A stretch of 64,000 nt of DNA from Candidatus Peribacteraceae bacterium (lineage in GTDB: Bacteria > Patescibacteriota > Gracilibacteria > Peribacterales > Peribacteraceae), in the NCBI GenBank assembly GCA_035547395.1, contig DASZVA010000010.1, positions 74,471 through 138,470 of the forward strand, read 5' to 3'. A program made the position numbers and the translations under genes. Within the stretch, counting starts at the first letter, position 1; each line of letters opens with the position of its first letter. The notes beneath the pieces were generated by a model. It was not told the DNA's origin. It saw only the letters and a program-made list of their open reading frames with translations, and made no database searches. Of this stretch, positions 51,613-61,435 are shown one piece after another.

Positions 51613-51795
51613 ATGACTATCAAGAAACGCATTCTGACGGCCGCTGAAGAATTGCCGCTGGTGCGGAGCATCGAAAATATTTTGAAGAAGATTCAAACCG
51701 CGCTCGTTGCGTTGGTTGCGACGATCATGATGGTGCTCGTTTGTCTGGTGATCATCGCGATTTACTTCCTCGTACATCTGGTTGAGGGGAAATGA
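51613..51795 (+). CDS. small (60 aa) tail-anchored membrane protein, hypothetical
   Basis: C-terminal TM helix ALVALVATIMMVLVCLVIIAIYFLV. Preceded by the G-free leader tcatccattcccttcttttt. Confidence 0.45.
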   Translation: MTIKKRILTAAEELPLVRSIENILKKIQTALVALVATIMMVLVCLVIIAIYFLVHLVEGK

Positions 51796-51876
51796 GTCCT
51801 GCACCCAAGAATGGGCGCGCTGCATTTGAAAATGTTTGACGAGAGCAGCCATTCTTGGCTGCAGCGAATAATAGAC

Positions 51877-51898
51877 AAAAGCCCCGCGTGCGCGGGGC
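51877..51898 (-). terminator. rho-independent terminator of the TCS-associated gene
   Basis: GCCCCGCG/CGCGGGGC stem with a T-run (ttttgtctatt) on the minus strand. Confidence 0.65.
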
Positions 51899-51927
51899 CA
51901 TTGCATCCTTCAGCTCCTCCTTTTTTC

Positions 51928-52632
51928 TTAAGACTGCGTCGGGGCAGCTGGGCTGCTCGACGGCGTCTGATTCTGATTATTCATTCCCCATTTTCCATGA
52001 CCGAAGCCGCCCTGAGGACGCGTCGGAATCGTCACGCCGTGCTCCTGCGCGATCTGCTGCAAGGTCTTGCCGCTCTGCAGTTCGCTCTGCAGCTGCGCCG
52101 TCGTGATGCCGAGTTTGGTTGCGAGTGTGTTCAGCATGTTCTGTTTGTTCATGCCGCTGCCTCTGCCCATCATCGGCTTATCCATAAAGCCATTGAATCC
52201 GCCGCCGACCTCACCATGCATCGCGTTTCCGCACGCCGTCTGCACCGCCTGACGATACGTTTGCAGCGACGTCTGGTTTTGCTGCACCGAGGCCTTCATC
52301 GCGGTCCGCAGATCCTGATTCGCTTTCTGAATCGCGGCCTGACGCGCCGTGTCATCGGTGATCGACGCGGCGGCGTTCAGCGCGTCGACATGCGCCTGCA
52401 GCGCGGATTTGCGCGCCGCTTCCTGACCGTCCATTAAGGAAATCTGCTGGCCTTCGAGTGCAGCCAATGCAGAAATGCACTGCGTCGTCGGAATAGGTTT
52501 CGTCGCGGGCGTCGTTGTCCCCGAGGACGAGCTGGATCCGACCGATTGGGCGGATGTCACCTGCATCAGGACCGGAATCGCAAGCGCGACGGCACCAAGA
52601 CCGGAGACCGCACCGAGCATGAACTTGTTCAT
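51928..52632 (-). CDS. secreted helical protein sharing a 32-aa motif with the ORF at 61436..61807
   Basis: Signal peptide (AVALAIPVLMQVTSAQS), a Q/A-rich helical region with two Cys, and the motif LATKLGITTAQLQSELQSGKTLQQIAQEHGVT. Lies directly downstream of the response regulator and kinase genes. Confidence 0.6.
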   Translation of the reverse strand: MNKFMLGAVSGLGAVALAIPVLMQVTSAQSVGSSSSSGTTTPATKPIPTTQCISALAALEGQQISLMDGQEAARKSALQAHVDALNAAASITDDTARQAAIQKANQDLRTAMKASVQQNQTSLQTYRQAVQTACGNAMHGEVGGGFNGFMDKPMMGRGSGMNKQNMLNTLATKLGITTAQLQSELQSGKTLQQIAQEHGVTIPTRPQGGFGHGKWGMNNQNQTPSSSPAAPTQS

Positions 52633-52704
52633 AATGTTACGGGTGAAAGAAATAAAAACCGTGTGTACACATACGCATTGTATGGACCGGTCTTTAAGAA
52701 CCGC

Positions 52705-53886
52705 TTAAGACTTTCGCGTCGTCGAAAAATGGACGGAGAACGTCGTTCCTTCGTCCTTCTTGCTCTTTGCAGAAATTTTCCACCCGTGCAGATCGACGAT
52801 GCGTTTCACGAGCGCGAGCCCCAGTCCGTAGCCCTCTTCGCTGCGCGATGTGTCCGCCTGATAGAAGCGGTCGAACACATGCGGCAGATCCGATGCATCG
52901 ATGCCGATGCCGGTATCGCTGATATCCAACTCATTCTTCGTGAGCATGACCGTCACGGATCCTTTTTTCTTGTTGAACTTGATCGCGTTGCTGATCAGGT
53001 TCGCGATGACCTGCCTGATGAGCGCGGCGTCGCCCTGTACATGCACGTTCGCCGCTATGTCCGCCTTGATTGCGACGGATGCTTTCTTCGCAAGAACCGC
53101 GAACTTGTCGCACGATTGCGAGACGAGATCGGACAGGTCGACCGTTTTTTTGTCGAGCGTGAACGAATCGAGCTGCGCGAGCTCCAACAATCTCTCGATC
53201 AGAACGGCCACTTGATGCAGATCTTCTTTGGCGGACAGTATTCCCTCTTTGTAATTTTCCGTCTTCAGCGCGACGTCGAGCGATGAGCCGAGAATCGCGA
53301 GCGGCGTGCGCAGTTCGTGGCTGGCGTCCTGCGTGAATTGCTGCAATCGCAAAAACATGTCCTCGGCCGGCGCCAGACTGCGTTTCACGAAGAAGAGCGC
53401 GACCATGTACGTGAGACCGGATACGACGAGGGTGACGAGCAGATACAGCAGCGCGCGCTGCGGCAGATCGCTGATGACGGCTCGCGCCGGTTCGGCGATT
53501 TGCAGATAACCCACCACCTGATTGCTTGCCGTAATCGGCTTCGTGACGACCGTGAACGGCTCATTCTGTATCACGATCACGGCCGTGCCCGGTTTGCTGA
53601 CGAACGGCACGTCGGTGAAGATGCCCGGTTCATAGATCGGCTTGCCTGACGGCGTGACGATGCGGACATGATCCCTGAGCGGCGGCGGAATGGAGGCCGT
53701 CGGATCATTCGTCGCGATCGGCATACGTCCCATCATCATTTGCGATTCGCGCGCGATGCGAAAATCCGCCTGTCTGCGCGTATTGTCGAAGTCGGCGGCG
53801 AGAAACAGAGCGCCATTGATCAGAAACAGCAGAAACATGAATCCCGTAAACTGCAGGGCCAGCGTTCTGCTGATGCGCTTAAACAT
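52705..53886 (-). CDS. sensor histidine kinase (HisKA plus HATPase_c)
   Basis: Two TM helices flank an extracytoplasmic loop of about 125 aa. H-box SHELRTPLA, N-box LISNAIKF, G-boxes DTGIGI and GLGLALVKRIV. Confidence 0.9.
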   Translation of the reverse strand: MFKRISRTLALQFTGFMFLLFLINGALFLAADFDNTRRQADFRIARESQMMMGRMPIATNDPTASIPPPLRDHVRIVTPSGKPIYEPGIFTDVPFVSKPGTAVIVIQNEPFTVVTKPITASNQVVGYLQIAEPARAVISDLPQRALLYLLVTLVVSGLTYMVALFFVKRSLAPAEDMFLRLQQFTQDASHELRTPLAILGSSLDVALKTENYKEGILSAKEDLHQVAVLIERLLELAQLDSFTLDKKTVDLSDLVSQSCDKFAVLAKKASVAIKADIAANVHVQGDAALIRQVIANLISNAIKFNKKKGSVTVMLTKNELDISDTGIGIDASDLPHVFDRFYQADTSRSEEGYGLGLALVKRIVDLHGWKISAKSKKDEGTTFSVHFSTTRKS

Positions 53887-53887
53887 A

Positions 53888-54550
53888 TCAGTCTGCCGGA
53901 ATCATATATCCTTTCCCGGGCACCGTCTGCACGACGTCCTTGCCGAGTTTGCGCCGCAGGTACGCGATGTGCACGTCGACCGTTTGCGAGAACATCAGAT
54001 CGTCGCGGCTGCCCCAGACGTGCTCGATGATGCTCGGACGGTCCTGTGCCTGTCCTTTATTGCGCAGCAGATATTCCAGCACGCCGTATTCCTTCGGCGC
54101 GAGCACGACGTTCTTTCCGTTCTTCGTGACTTGTCTCGTGTTCATGTCGAGGCTGATTTTTTTCGTCCGCAGAACCGGCTGTTTTTCGTCTGCTTTCCTG
54201 CGCAGCAGCACCCGCACGCGCGCGAGCAACTCCTCCATGTCGAAGGGTTTGGTGAGGTAATCGTCAGCGCCGATATCGAGTCCGTGCACGATTTCCTTCT
54301 GTTTCGTCCGCGCGGTGAGCATCAGAATCGGCATGTTTTTCTTTGCCTGCCGCAGCATTGCACAGATCACGTAGCCGTCCATGCCCGGCAGATTGATGTC
54401 GAGGATTAAGAGATCGACGTTTTGCGTCATCGCACGTTCAAATCCGTCCTTGCCGTCATGGGACACGGCTACTGCGTACGACTCGGATTCGAGGTACTTT
54501 TTCATATTGTCCGCCAGCTTCTTTTGATCCTCGATCAGCAGAATATGCAT
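53888..54550 (-). CDS. OmpR-family response regulator
   Basis: Receiver domain (LLIEDQ, LLILDINLPGMDG, LMLTARTK) plus a winged-helix C-terminus. The kinase ATG follows 1 nt after the stop. Confidence 0.9.
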   Translation of the reverse strand: MHILLIEDQKKLADNMKKYLESESYAVAVSHDGKDGFERAMTQNVDLLILDINLPGMDGYVICAMLRQAKKNMPILMLTARTKQKEIVHGLDIGADDYLTKPFDMEELLARVRVLLRRKADEKQPVLRTKKISLDMNTRQVTKNGKNVVLAPKEYGVLEYLLRNKGQAQDRPSIIEHVWGSRDDLMFSQTVDVHIAYLRRKLGKDVVQTVPGKGYMIPAD

Positions 54551-54713
54551 CGTCTTTCAGAATAAAGAGCGTCCATTAAGGACGGATTAAGAGTATAAAA
54601 CAAATGCCGCGGGATGGATCGTCAATATCTTGTGAAGTTTTTGGCAAGTACATCGCGGTAAGCGAGGCGGGGGAATCGCGTCACAGAAGGTGTTATCCCT
54701 TCTTCCCTTTTCG

Positions 54714-54956
54714 ATGGATGTCTTATGGTTTCTCATCATCGGCCTCATTGCCGGCTGGCTCGCCGGGATTCTGGTTCGCGGAGGGGGTTTCGGCATCATC
54801 GGTGACATCGTTGTGGGTATCATCGGAGCGCTCGTCGGAGGATTCATATTCCGCACCCTGGGCGTCACCGCATACGGAACATTGGGCGAGATCATCATGG
54901 CGGTCATCGGTGCTGTCATTCTCCTCTTCATCGTGCGTCTGGTGAAACGCGCCTGA
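54714..54956 (+). CDS. GlsB/YeaQ/YmgE family (transglycosylase-associated) stress membrane protein
   Basis: MDVLWFLIIGLIAGWLAGILVRGGGFGIIGDIVVGIIGALVGGFIF. Start trimmed from GTG 54690 to ATG 54714. Confidence 0.8.
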   Translation: MDVLWFLIIGLIAGWLAGILVRGGGFGIIGDIVVGIIGALVGGFIFRTLGVTAYGTLGEIIMAVIGAVILLFIVRLVKRA

Positions 54957-54959
54957 GCG

Positions 54960-56213
54960 TCATCTGCGTCTGCGCGGACCACTGAAGCCGCGGCGGTTCC
55001 TTCGGGCACCATGCGCCGGGGCGGATGTATCTTTTCCACGCCGATGACTCGTGTCTTGTTGGATGGCCGGCAGAGGCGGGGGCGGCGGCAGATGCGACGG
55101 CAATGATTTTCTCTTGAGCTGGGAGCGGATTAATTTCTCAATCGTGCGGATGCCGCCCGACTGATCGGGCGTGGCAAACGAGATCGCGATGCCCTCGCGT
55201 CCCGCCCGCGCGGTTCTTCCGATGCGGTGCACATAATCGTTGGCGTCATCGGGCAGATCGTAATTAACGACGACCGCGATGCCCGCGACGTCGATACCGC
55301 GTGCCGCGATGTCGGTGGCGACCAGCACGCGGTACTTGCCGGATTTGAATCCCTCCAGCGCCTCACGTCTTTGGGCAAGTGATCTGTTCGCGTGAATCTC
55401 GGCCGCGGTGTGTCCGCTTCTTCGCAGATTCGCCGTGATTTTCTTGGCGCCGTATTTGGTGCGCGAGAACACGAGCACAGTCCCTTCATGTTCCTGCAGA
55501 AGATGTTCGAGCAGCTGCATCTTTTCGGCTTTCTGCACGATGAAGAGTTCCTGCTGCACCAGTTCCGCCGCCGTGCCGGCGGGGGCCACTTCGATCCTGA
55601 GAGGCAGTTTCATCTGTTCGTTTGCCAGCTGCATGATCTCGTGCGGCATTGTCGCGGAGAAAAGCATCGTCTGACGGTCTTTCGGCACGTGCTCCAAAAT
55701 CTGTTCGATCTGCGGACGAAATCCCATGTCGAGCATGCGGTCGGCTTCGTCGAGCACGAGGATCGAGACTTCTTTCAATGTAATCGTTCTCTGCATCAAA
55801 TGATCATTGAGACGTCCCGGCGTCGCGATCACGATCCGTGGATTTCTGCGGATCATGTCTTTCTGCAGATTCATCGATGCGCCGCCGACGATTACCGCCG
55901 TGCGGATGTTCAATGCGGATGCGAAAATTTTCAGCGATTCCTCCACCTGATACGCAAGTTCGCGCGTGGGCAGCACCACGAGGCCGCGCCCGGGTCCGTT
56001 TGCCAGGCGCTGCAGCATCGGGATGCCGAACGCGAACGTTTTGCCGGTGCCCGTCTGCGCGATGCCGACGATATCTTTGCCCTGGATCCCCGCGGGAATG
56101 GATTGCTGCTGGATGGGCGTCGGCGTCGTGAAGCGGCGGTCGTGCAGGATCTGCAGAATGCCCGGATCAATGCCGAGCGTGTCAAAATTCCGGTGCTGAC
56201 TGTGTTCGTTCAT
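54960..56213 (-). CDS. DEAD-box ATP-dependent RNA helicase (RhlE-like) with a basic C-terminal tail
   Basis: Q-motif TPIQ, AQTGTGKT, VLDEADRMLDMGF, SAT, HRIGRTARAG. Confidence 0.9.
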   Translation of the reverse strand: MNEHSQHRNFDTLGIDPGILQILHDRRFTTPTPIQQQSIPAGIQGKDIVGIAQTGTGKTFAFGIPMLQRLANGPGRGLVVLPTRELAYQVEESLKIFASALNIRTAVIVGGASMNLQKDMIRRNPRIVIATPGRLNDHLMQRTITLKEVSILVLDEADRMLDMGFRPQIEQILEHVPKDRQTMLFSATMPHEIMQLANEQMKLPLRIEVAPAGTAAELVQQELFIVQKAEKMQLLEHLLQEHEGTVLVFSRTKYGAKKITANLRRSGHTAAEIHANRSLAQRREALEGFKSGKYRVLVATDIAARGIDVAGIAVVVNYDLPDDANDYVHRIGRTARAGREGIAISFATPDQSGGIRTIEKLIRSQLKRKSLPSHLPPPPPLPAIQQDTSHRRGKDTSAPAHGARRNRRGFSGPRRRR

Positions 56214-56338
56214 CTCTTGGAAAATGCAAATAATGAGCGTTCAGTATAGCTGCTTCAATGCCTGAAAGATACGCAGATGTGCAGGGAATCAAGCCGGATG
56301 TATAAACGCCCCTAGACTTCCTTTGCGGTCGTTTTATC

Positions 56339-56752
56339 ATGGGCGATATGGATAAGCGTCCTGTGGGTGTCGGCCGGTTGATTGCATTTGCAGGCTTGAT
56401 TCTGCTCGCCGCCTGCAGTCGCGGTGGCAACGCGACGGCTGATCATCCGTCTGCTCCCGCGCTCAATACACCCGCGTTCTCCGCGGATCTCCAGGCCCAG
56501 CAGTCGGCGCTCAACATGGTGATGAACCAAAAAGATGTGCAGGCATGGCTGTCCTATTATGCAAAGAAAACGGCCGCGCCGTATCAGTCGCCGGTCGTCA
56601 AAGTGGATCATCGTGAACAGAATGACTATATCGTGCACGTCTATGAACAATTGCAGGACGGCCAAACGTCGACGTTTGGCTGGTACCGCATCAATATCGT
56701 GACGGGATCGCTGCAAAAATTCCAGCAGTCATCGAGCGCGTCGTCGCATTAA
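56339..56752 (+). CDS. hypothetical lipoprotein
   Basis: Lipobox LLAAC; 137 aa. Its stop abuts the stop of the convergent gene (TAA|TTA). Confidence 0.55.
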   Translation: MGDMDKRPVGVGRLIAFAGLILLAACSRGGNATADHPSAPALNTPAFSADLQAQQSALNMVMNQKDVQAWLSYYAKKTAAPYQSPVVKVDHREQNDYIVHVYEQLQDGQTSTFGWYRINIVTGSLQKFQQSSSASSH

Positions 56753-57370
56753 TTATTTATTGAGTTTTCTCAGTTCCGCGTTCTGCAACGGCGGCAGCTC
56801 GCGATGCTGCGACGGATCCATTCCTCTGAAAGATGTTTCCAGAATCTGCAGCGGATCGCCGTGGCCGGACAGAATGATGCATGCATCACAGTATGTATCC
56901 TCAAGCATCTGAAGCAGTTGTTCCTGGCGCTGAAGGACAGATACGACGCTTTCAACATTGTGAGACGTATGTTCCGGATCCAGCGCATCCAGTGCCCAGA
57001 CGCGTTCGTAGTTATCTGATAATCCGCCGTCGAAGTCACCGAAATAGCGTTCACGTAATGCGTTGCGAACCAAGGCATGCGGTGGCGTGTCTTGAGCGGA
57101 TTCAATTGAACGATAAGTGATATTGGTCGTCTCGGCGGCGCGTTTGAAGGGTGATGAGACGAGGACAATGCGCATGTCGCCGAATACCTTTAATTGCAGT
57201 GCGTCACGAATGGATTGGGTCACTTGGTCGCGTCCTTTTTGTGTCAGACCGTACTGTTCTTTTTCACCTTCTTCCGGATGACTCACGATGAGTTTTTGTT
57301 CATTGGGAATGCTGTGCCCATGACGCAAGGCGTAATAGGTGTTCTCCAGCGATTCATTCGCGAGTGACAT
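56753..57370 (-). CDS. histidine phosphatase family protein (phosphoglycerate-mutase-like)
   Basis: YYALRHGHS (RHG motif) and ILSGHGDPL. Start trimmed to ATG 57370, which puts RHG near the N-terminus and is preceded by the leader cctcctttttccgtatatct. The track start 57412 remains possible. Confidence 0.7.
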   Translation of the reverse strand: MSLANESLENTYYALRHGHSIPNEQKLIVSHPEEGEKEQYGLTQKGRDQVTQSIRDALQLKVFGDMRIVLVSSPFKRAAETTNITYRSIESAQDTPPHALVRNALRERYFGDFDGGLSDNYERVWALDALDPEHTSHNVESVVSVLQRQEQLLQMLEDTYCDACIILSGHGDPLQILETSFRGMDPSQHRELPPLQNAELRKLNK

Positions 57371-57422
57371 AGATATACGGAAAAAGGAGGCCATCGTACT
57401 CATATCTTTCATTCATGCAAGA

Positions 57423-58655
57423 TTATTCGTACCTCAGCGCCTCGATCGGGCGCAGCTTCGCCGCTTTCCAAGCAGGCAGCATGCCGAAGAAGATGCCGAC
57501 GCCGACTGAGAACAGGAATGCGAGGATGACCGATGGGATCGAAATCGTCGCATCAATCGAATAGCGTCCGAGAATAAATGATCCGATGAAGCTGATGAGG
57601 ATGCCGATCGCTCCGCCGAGGATGCTGAGTGCTGTCGACTCGACGAGGAACTGAAGCAGGATGTCGCGCTTCTTGGCGCCGATGGCTTTGCGGATGCCGA
57701 TCTCGCGCGTGCGCTCGGTGACCGACACCAGCATGATGTTCATGACGCCGATCCCGCCGACAAACAAGCTGATCGCCGCGATTCCGCCGAGCAGCAGCGT
57801 GAAAATGCCCGTCACCTGATCGAGCGTCTGCACGGCGTCCGCCTGGTTCAGCACGGTGAAGTCTTCTTTCGTGACGTCGGTGATGCGATGCGCGTTCATA
57901 AGCACGGCCGTGATCGTCGCCTGCGCGGTGCTCATGTCCGCGGCGTTTGCAACCGAGACGCTGATCGAGCTGAGCGTGCTTTGTCCGGTGACGTGCTGCT
58001 GCATCGTAGAGAGCGGAATCAAGACGACGTTGTCCTGATTCTGAAATCCCGTGCCGCCTTTGCTCTGCATCACGCCGATGACGGTGAAGAGATTGGATCC
58101 GATGCGGATGCTCTGGCCGATCGGCGCGGGATCACTGGGAAACAGCGTCGTCACCACCTGCGAGCCCAGGACCGCGACGCGATCCATGCTCGCGATATCC
58201 TGCTGATTGATGAAGCGTCCGATCTGCAGCGGGGAATTGCGTACCGTTACATAATCGGGAACCGTGCCGATGACGCTCGCATTCGTATTCTGACTGCCGG
58301 CGATGATCTGTTCGTTGCTTCGCATCTCCGGTTCGACGCCGCTGAGTCCCGTGACCTGCTGCTCGATCGCGGTTGCGTCCGTGGATTTGAGCGTCGCTCC
58401 TCCGCCCCCGCCGCCGCCTCCAAAACGCACGTTGCCCTGATTTGAGCCGCCCGGGGAAATTGTCAGCAGATTTGTCCCCAAACTCTGAATGCGCTGCGTG
58501 ACGCCGCGCTGCGCGCCCTGGCCGATCGCGACCATCAGCACCACCGACGCGACACCGATGATGATGCCGAGCATCGTGAGCATCGATCGCATTTTGTTGC
58601 TGCCGATCGCGCCGAGCGCGTTTCTGATGTTCTCAATGATGTTCATTGGTTTCAT
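57423..58655 (-). CDS. MacB-type ABC transporter permease (FtsX family)
   Basis: One TM helix, a large extracytoplasmic domain with a Gly run (RFGGGGGGGGATLK), then three C-terminal TM helices (FtsX). Confidence 0.85.
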   Translation of the reverse strand: MKPMNIIENIRNALGAIGSNKMRSMLTMLGIIIGVASVVLMVAIGQGAQRGVTQRIQSLGTNLLTISPGGSNQGNVRFGGGGGGGGATLKSTDATAIEQQVTGLSGVEPEMRSNEQIIAGSQNTNASVIGTVPDYVTVRNSPLQIGRFINQQDIASMDRVAVLGSQVVTTLFPSDPAPIGQSIRIGSNLFTVIGVMQSKGGTGFQNQDNVVLIPLSTMQQHVTGQSTLSSISVSVANAADMSTAQATITAVLMNAHRITDVTKEDFTVLNQADAVQTLDQVTGIFTLLLGGIAAISLFVGGIGVMNIMLVSVTERTREIGIRKAIGAKKRDILLQFLVESTALSILGGAIGILISFIGSFILGRYSIDATISIPSVILAFLFSVGVGIFFGMLPAWKAAKLRPIEALRYE

Positions 58656-59316
58656 TTCGGAAAATCAATCCATCCTGAATGTGAATGGTGCGCTGCGCGT
58701 GTTCAGCCACGGACGGTTCGTGCGTGACCATGACGATCGTTTTGCCATCGCGGTTGAGTTCATTGAAGATGTTCATCACTTCTTCGCCGGTCTTGCTGTC
58801 GAGCGCGCCCGTCGGTTCGTCCGCCAGAATGATCGCCGGGTTCATCGCAAGAGCTCTGGCGATCGCCACTCTCTGCTGCTGTCCGCCGGAGAGTTCGTTC
58901 GGGTTGTGCGACATGCGTTCACCGAGCCCGACGGTGTGCAGTGCCTCGCGCGCTCGCTGCTCAGCTTCCAACCGATGCACGCCCTGATACAGCATCGGCT
59001 GCATCACTTGCCGCAGCGCGTCCATGCGCGGAAGTAAGTTGAATGCCTGGAACACGAAACCGATGCGTCGGCTGCGCACCTCCGCCTGCTCATTCTCATC
59101 CAGCGTCGCGACTTCCTTACTCTCCAGCAGATACGATCCGGATGTCGGTGTGTCGAGCAGACCGATGATGTTCATGAGCGTCGACTTGCCGGATCCCGAC
59201 GGCCCCATGATCGAGACGAATTCGCCGGGCTGGATGTGCAGACTGACGCCCTTCAGCACGACCAGTTTGTTTGTGCCGAGGGGATACGCTTTGGTGATGT
59301 CGCGCAGGTGAATCAT
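58633..59316 (-). CDS. MacB/LolD-type ABC transporter ATP-binding protein
   Basis: GPSGSGKST, LSGGQQQRVAIARAL, ILADEPTGALD. Confidence 0.9.
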   Translation of the reverse strand: MIHLRDITKAYPLGTNKLVVLKGVSLHIQPGEFVSIMGPSGSGKSTLMNIIGLLDTPTSGSYLLESKEVATLDENEQAEVRSRRIGFVFQAFNLLPRMDALRQVMQPMLYQGVHRLEAEQRAREALHTVGLGERMSHNPNELSGGQQQRVAIARALAMNPAIILADEPTGALDSKTGEEVMNIFNELNRDGKTIVMVTHEPSVAEHAQRTIHIQDGLIFRNETNEHH

Positions 59317-59337
59317 GAGGAAGAATCGTGAGGAGAA

Positions 59338-61407
59338 TTATCCGCCGCCGCCTCTGAAGCCGCCTCCTCCGCCTCCTCTCGTGAACGTCGCGCCGCCGCC
59401 GAAACCGCCCCCTCCGCCCAAGCGGAAGATCTGCGCGTTGGGATTCTGGCCGTTGCTGCTCGTCTGGTACTGCGAGATATTGAGCGACTGAATCTGCTGT
59501 CCTTCCGTCAGACCTGATGTGATTTCGGTGTACTGGCCATCCGTCGCACCGGTCTTCACGGGAACCAGCTGCCCGCTCGAAAGCCGCACCGACGCGTTGC
59601 TTCCGTTCCACTGCAGTGCGAGGTTCGGCACGGCGAGGACGTTCTGCGCGCTCGCGGTCGTGATCGTCACCGTTGCCGTCATGCCCGACAGGATCGTCAT
59701 GTTGTCCGGTGTCGGCAGTTTGATCGCGACGTTGTACGACACGACGCCCGACTGTTGCACGGGAGTGGAATCGATGGAATCGACGCTGCCCTGGAACGTC
59801 TTTCCGGGAATCGCGTCGAACGCGATGATTGCCGGCATGCCCGCTTTCACGTTTACGACGTCCACCTGATCAAGCGGTACCGTCACCACGGTCGTGCCGG
59901 TGTTCTGGATCTCGAGCATCTCGGTGGTGTTTCCCGTGTCGAGCAGGTTGTCGCCGACTTTGTAATCGAGGTGGCTGATCGTGCCGTCGAAGGGCGCGAC
60001 GAGTTCGTAATTCTCGAGGGATTTTTCGGTGCTTTGCAGCGACGTCACAGATTGCGCGATCGCGTTCTGCTTGAGCGCGATCTGCACGTCGAGATCGGTG
60101 TTGGTCGAGTTGGCGTTGAGCTGCTGAGCCTTGTAGGCGTTCTGCGCCTGATCAACCGCCTGCTGTTGCTGCGTGAGCGTCGCGGGATTGGACGTCTGCA
60201 GTTCCTTCAGATTTTCCTGCGCCGTCGTCAGATCGTTCTGCGCCGTCGTCACCGCGTCTTCCGCCGCCTTGAGCGTCACGCTCGGAATGCCGCCATTACT
60301 TGACGTCGCGGCGAGATCCGCCTGCGCCGTTTCCACCTGGGAAACCAGACTGGATGCCGATGAAATGTTTCCGCTCACGGTTGATCGGCTGGTATTCACA
60401 TCGCTCGCGGTGAAATTCGATGTGTCGACGGTCGCGCCCTGCATCATCGAATACGTGTCCTCTCCGAGCATGTAGATGTCTTTCGCGAGCGTGTCCGCGT
60501 CGGCGAGCGCTTTCACCAGCGTCTCGGGATCCTGCTGCGTCGCGAGCGAGGATCCGTAATTTTGATGCATCGCATTCGCCGCGTTGATGGCGTTCAGATA
60601 ATCGTTCTTCACGGTGCGCGCGAGATTCGGATCGTTGTACAGAAGATTGTCGATGGTGAGGTCGTAATTTCCCTGCGTCGGGCGCGCGGCGGTGCCACGG
60701 GTGAGAATGCTGTAGAAGGAATCGAGTAGTTTGTCGGATGTGGAAAGAGACGTCTGCGCGGTGGTCGCGAGCGTGAGGATCTCCGAGCTCTTCGCCTTGG
60801 TCAGATTCAGCTGCGCCTGCGTGAGCGCGGTCTGTTTTTCCTGCACGGCGCGCTGCGCGGACGCCAGATCGGACGGGAGCTTCTGCTGCGTGACCGCGAG
60901 ATTGTTCTGCGCCTGCGTCAGTTGCTGCTGCGATTGCGTGAGTGAATTCTGTGCGCTCTGGATCTGTCCGTTCTTGTCCGCCTCGAGCTGCTTGAGCTGC
61001 AGCTCCGCCGCCGAGATCGAGAGCTGCTGCTGGCGGATCTGCGCCTGCACGCTCGCATCATCAAGCTTGGCGATGACGTCGCCTTTCTTCACGGCGTCTC
61101 CCACTTTGAAGTTCACCGCCGTCACGGTTCCCTTTTGATTGAACTGCATCTGCTGTTCGTTCGAGAACGTCACGTTGCCCGTTGCGTTGATCGAGGACGT
61201 AATCGTTCTGCGCGCGACCGTCGCGATGCTTTGCACGGGCGTTTGCGCCTGCGTCTTCCCCTGCGCGAACGCCATGTATCCGCCGCCGAGCGCAATCGAG
61301 AGGATGAGCCCCACCAGATAATTGGAGAGCGACACTCTGCGCAATTTCTGTTGCAAACTCAGCGGCAGAGAGCTGAACGGATGCCGGATGATTGACAGAA
61401 GTTTCAT
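59338..61407 (-). CDS. HlyD/MacA-family periplasmic adaptor with a greatly expanded helical insert and a Gly-rich C-terminal tail (689 aa)
   Basis: TM anchor, a lipoyl-like half (GTVTAVNFKVGDAVKKGDVIAKLDD), about 360 aa of Q/A/T/L-rich helical sequence, the second lipoyl half (LVAPFDGTISHLDYKVGDNL), barrel domains, and the tail GGGGGFGGGATFTRGGGGGGFRGGGG. Start trimmed to ATG 61407. Confidence 0.75.
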   Translation of the reverse strand: MKLLSIIRHPFSSLPLSLQQKLRRVSLSNYLVGLILSIALGGGYMAFAQGKTQAQTPVQSIATVARRTITSSINATGNVTFSNEQQMQFNQKGTVTAVNFKVGDAVKKGDVIAKLDDASVQAQIRQQQLSISAAELQLKQLEADKNGQIQSAQNSLTQSQQQLTQAQNNLAVTQQKLPSDLASAQRAVQEKQTALTQAQLNLTKAKSSEILTLATTAQTSLSTSDKLLDSFYSILTRGTAARPTQGNYDLTIDNLLYNDPNLARTVKNDYLNAINAANAMHQNYGSSLATQQDPETLVKALADADTLAKDIYMLGEDTYSMMQGATVDTSNFTASDVNTSRSTVSGNISSASSLVSQVETAQADLAATSSNGGIPSVTLKAAEDAVTTAQNDLTTAQENLKELQTSNPATLTQQQQAVDQAQNAYKAQQLNANSTNTDLDVQIALKQNAIAQSVTSLQSTEKSLENYELVAPFDGTISHLDYKVGDNLLDTGNTTEMLEIQNTGTTVVTVPLDQVDVVNVKAGMPAIIAFDAIPGKTFQGSVDSIDSTPVQQSGVVSYNVAIKLPTPDNMTILSGMTATVTITTASAQNVLAVPNLALQWNGSNASVRLSSGQLVPVKTGATDGQYTEITSGLTEGQQIQSLNISQYQTSSNGQNPNAQIFRLGGGGGFGGGATFTRGGGGGGFRGGGG

Positions 61408-61435
61408 AGGATCTGAAAGAAAAGTGAAACGCGCA

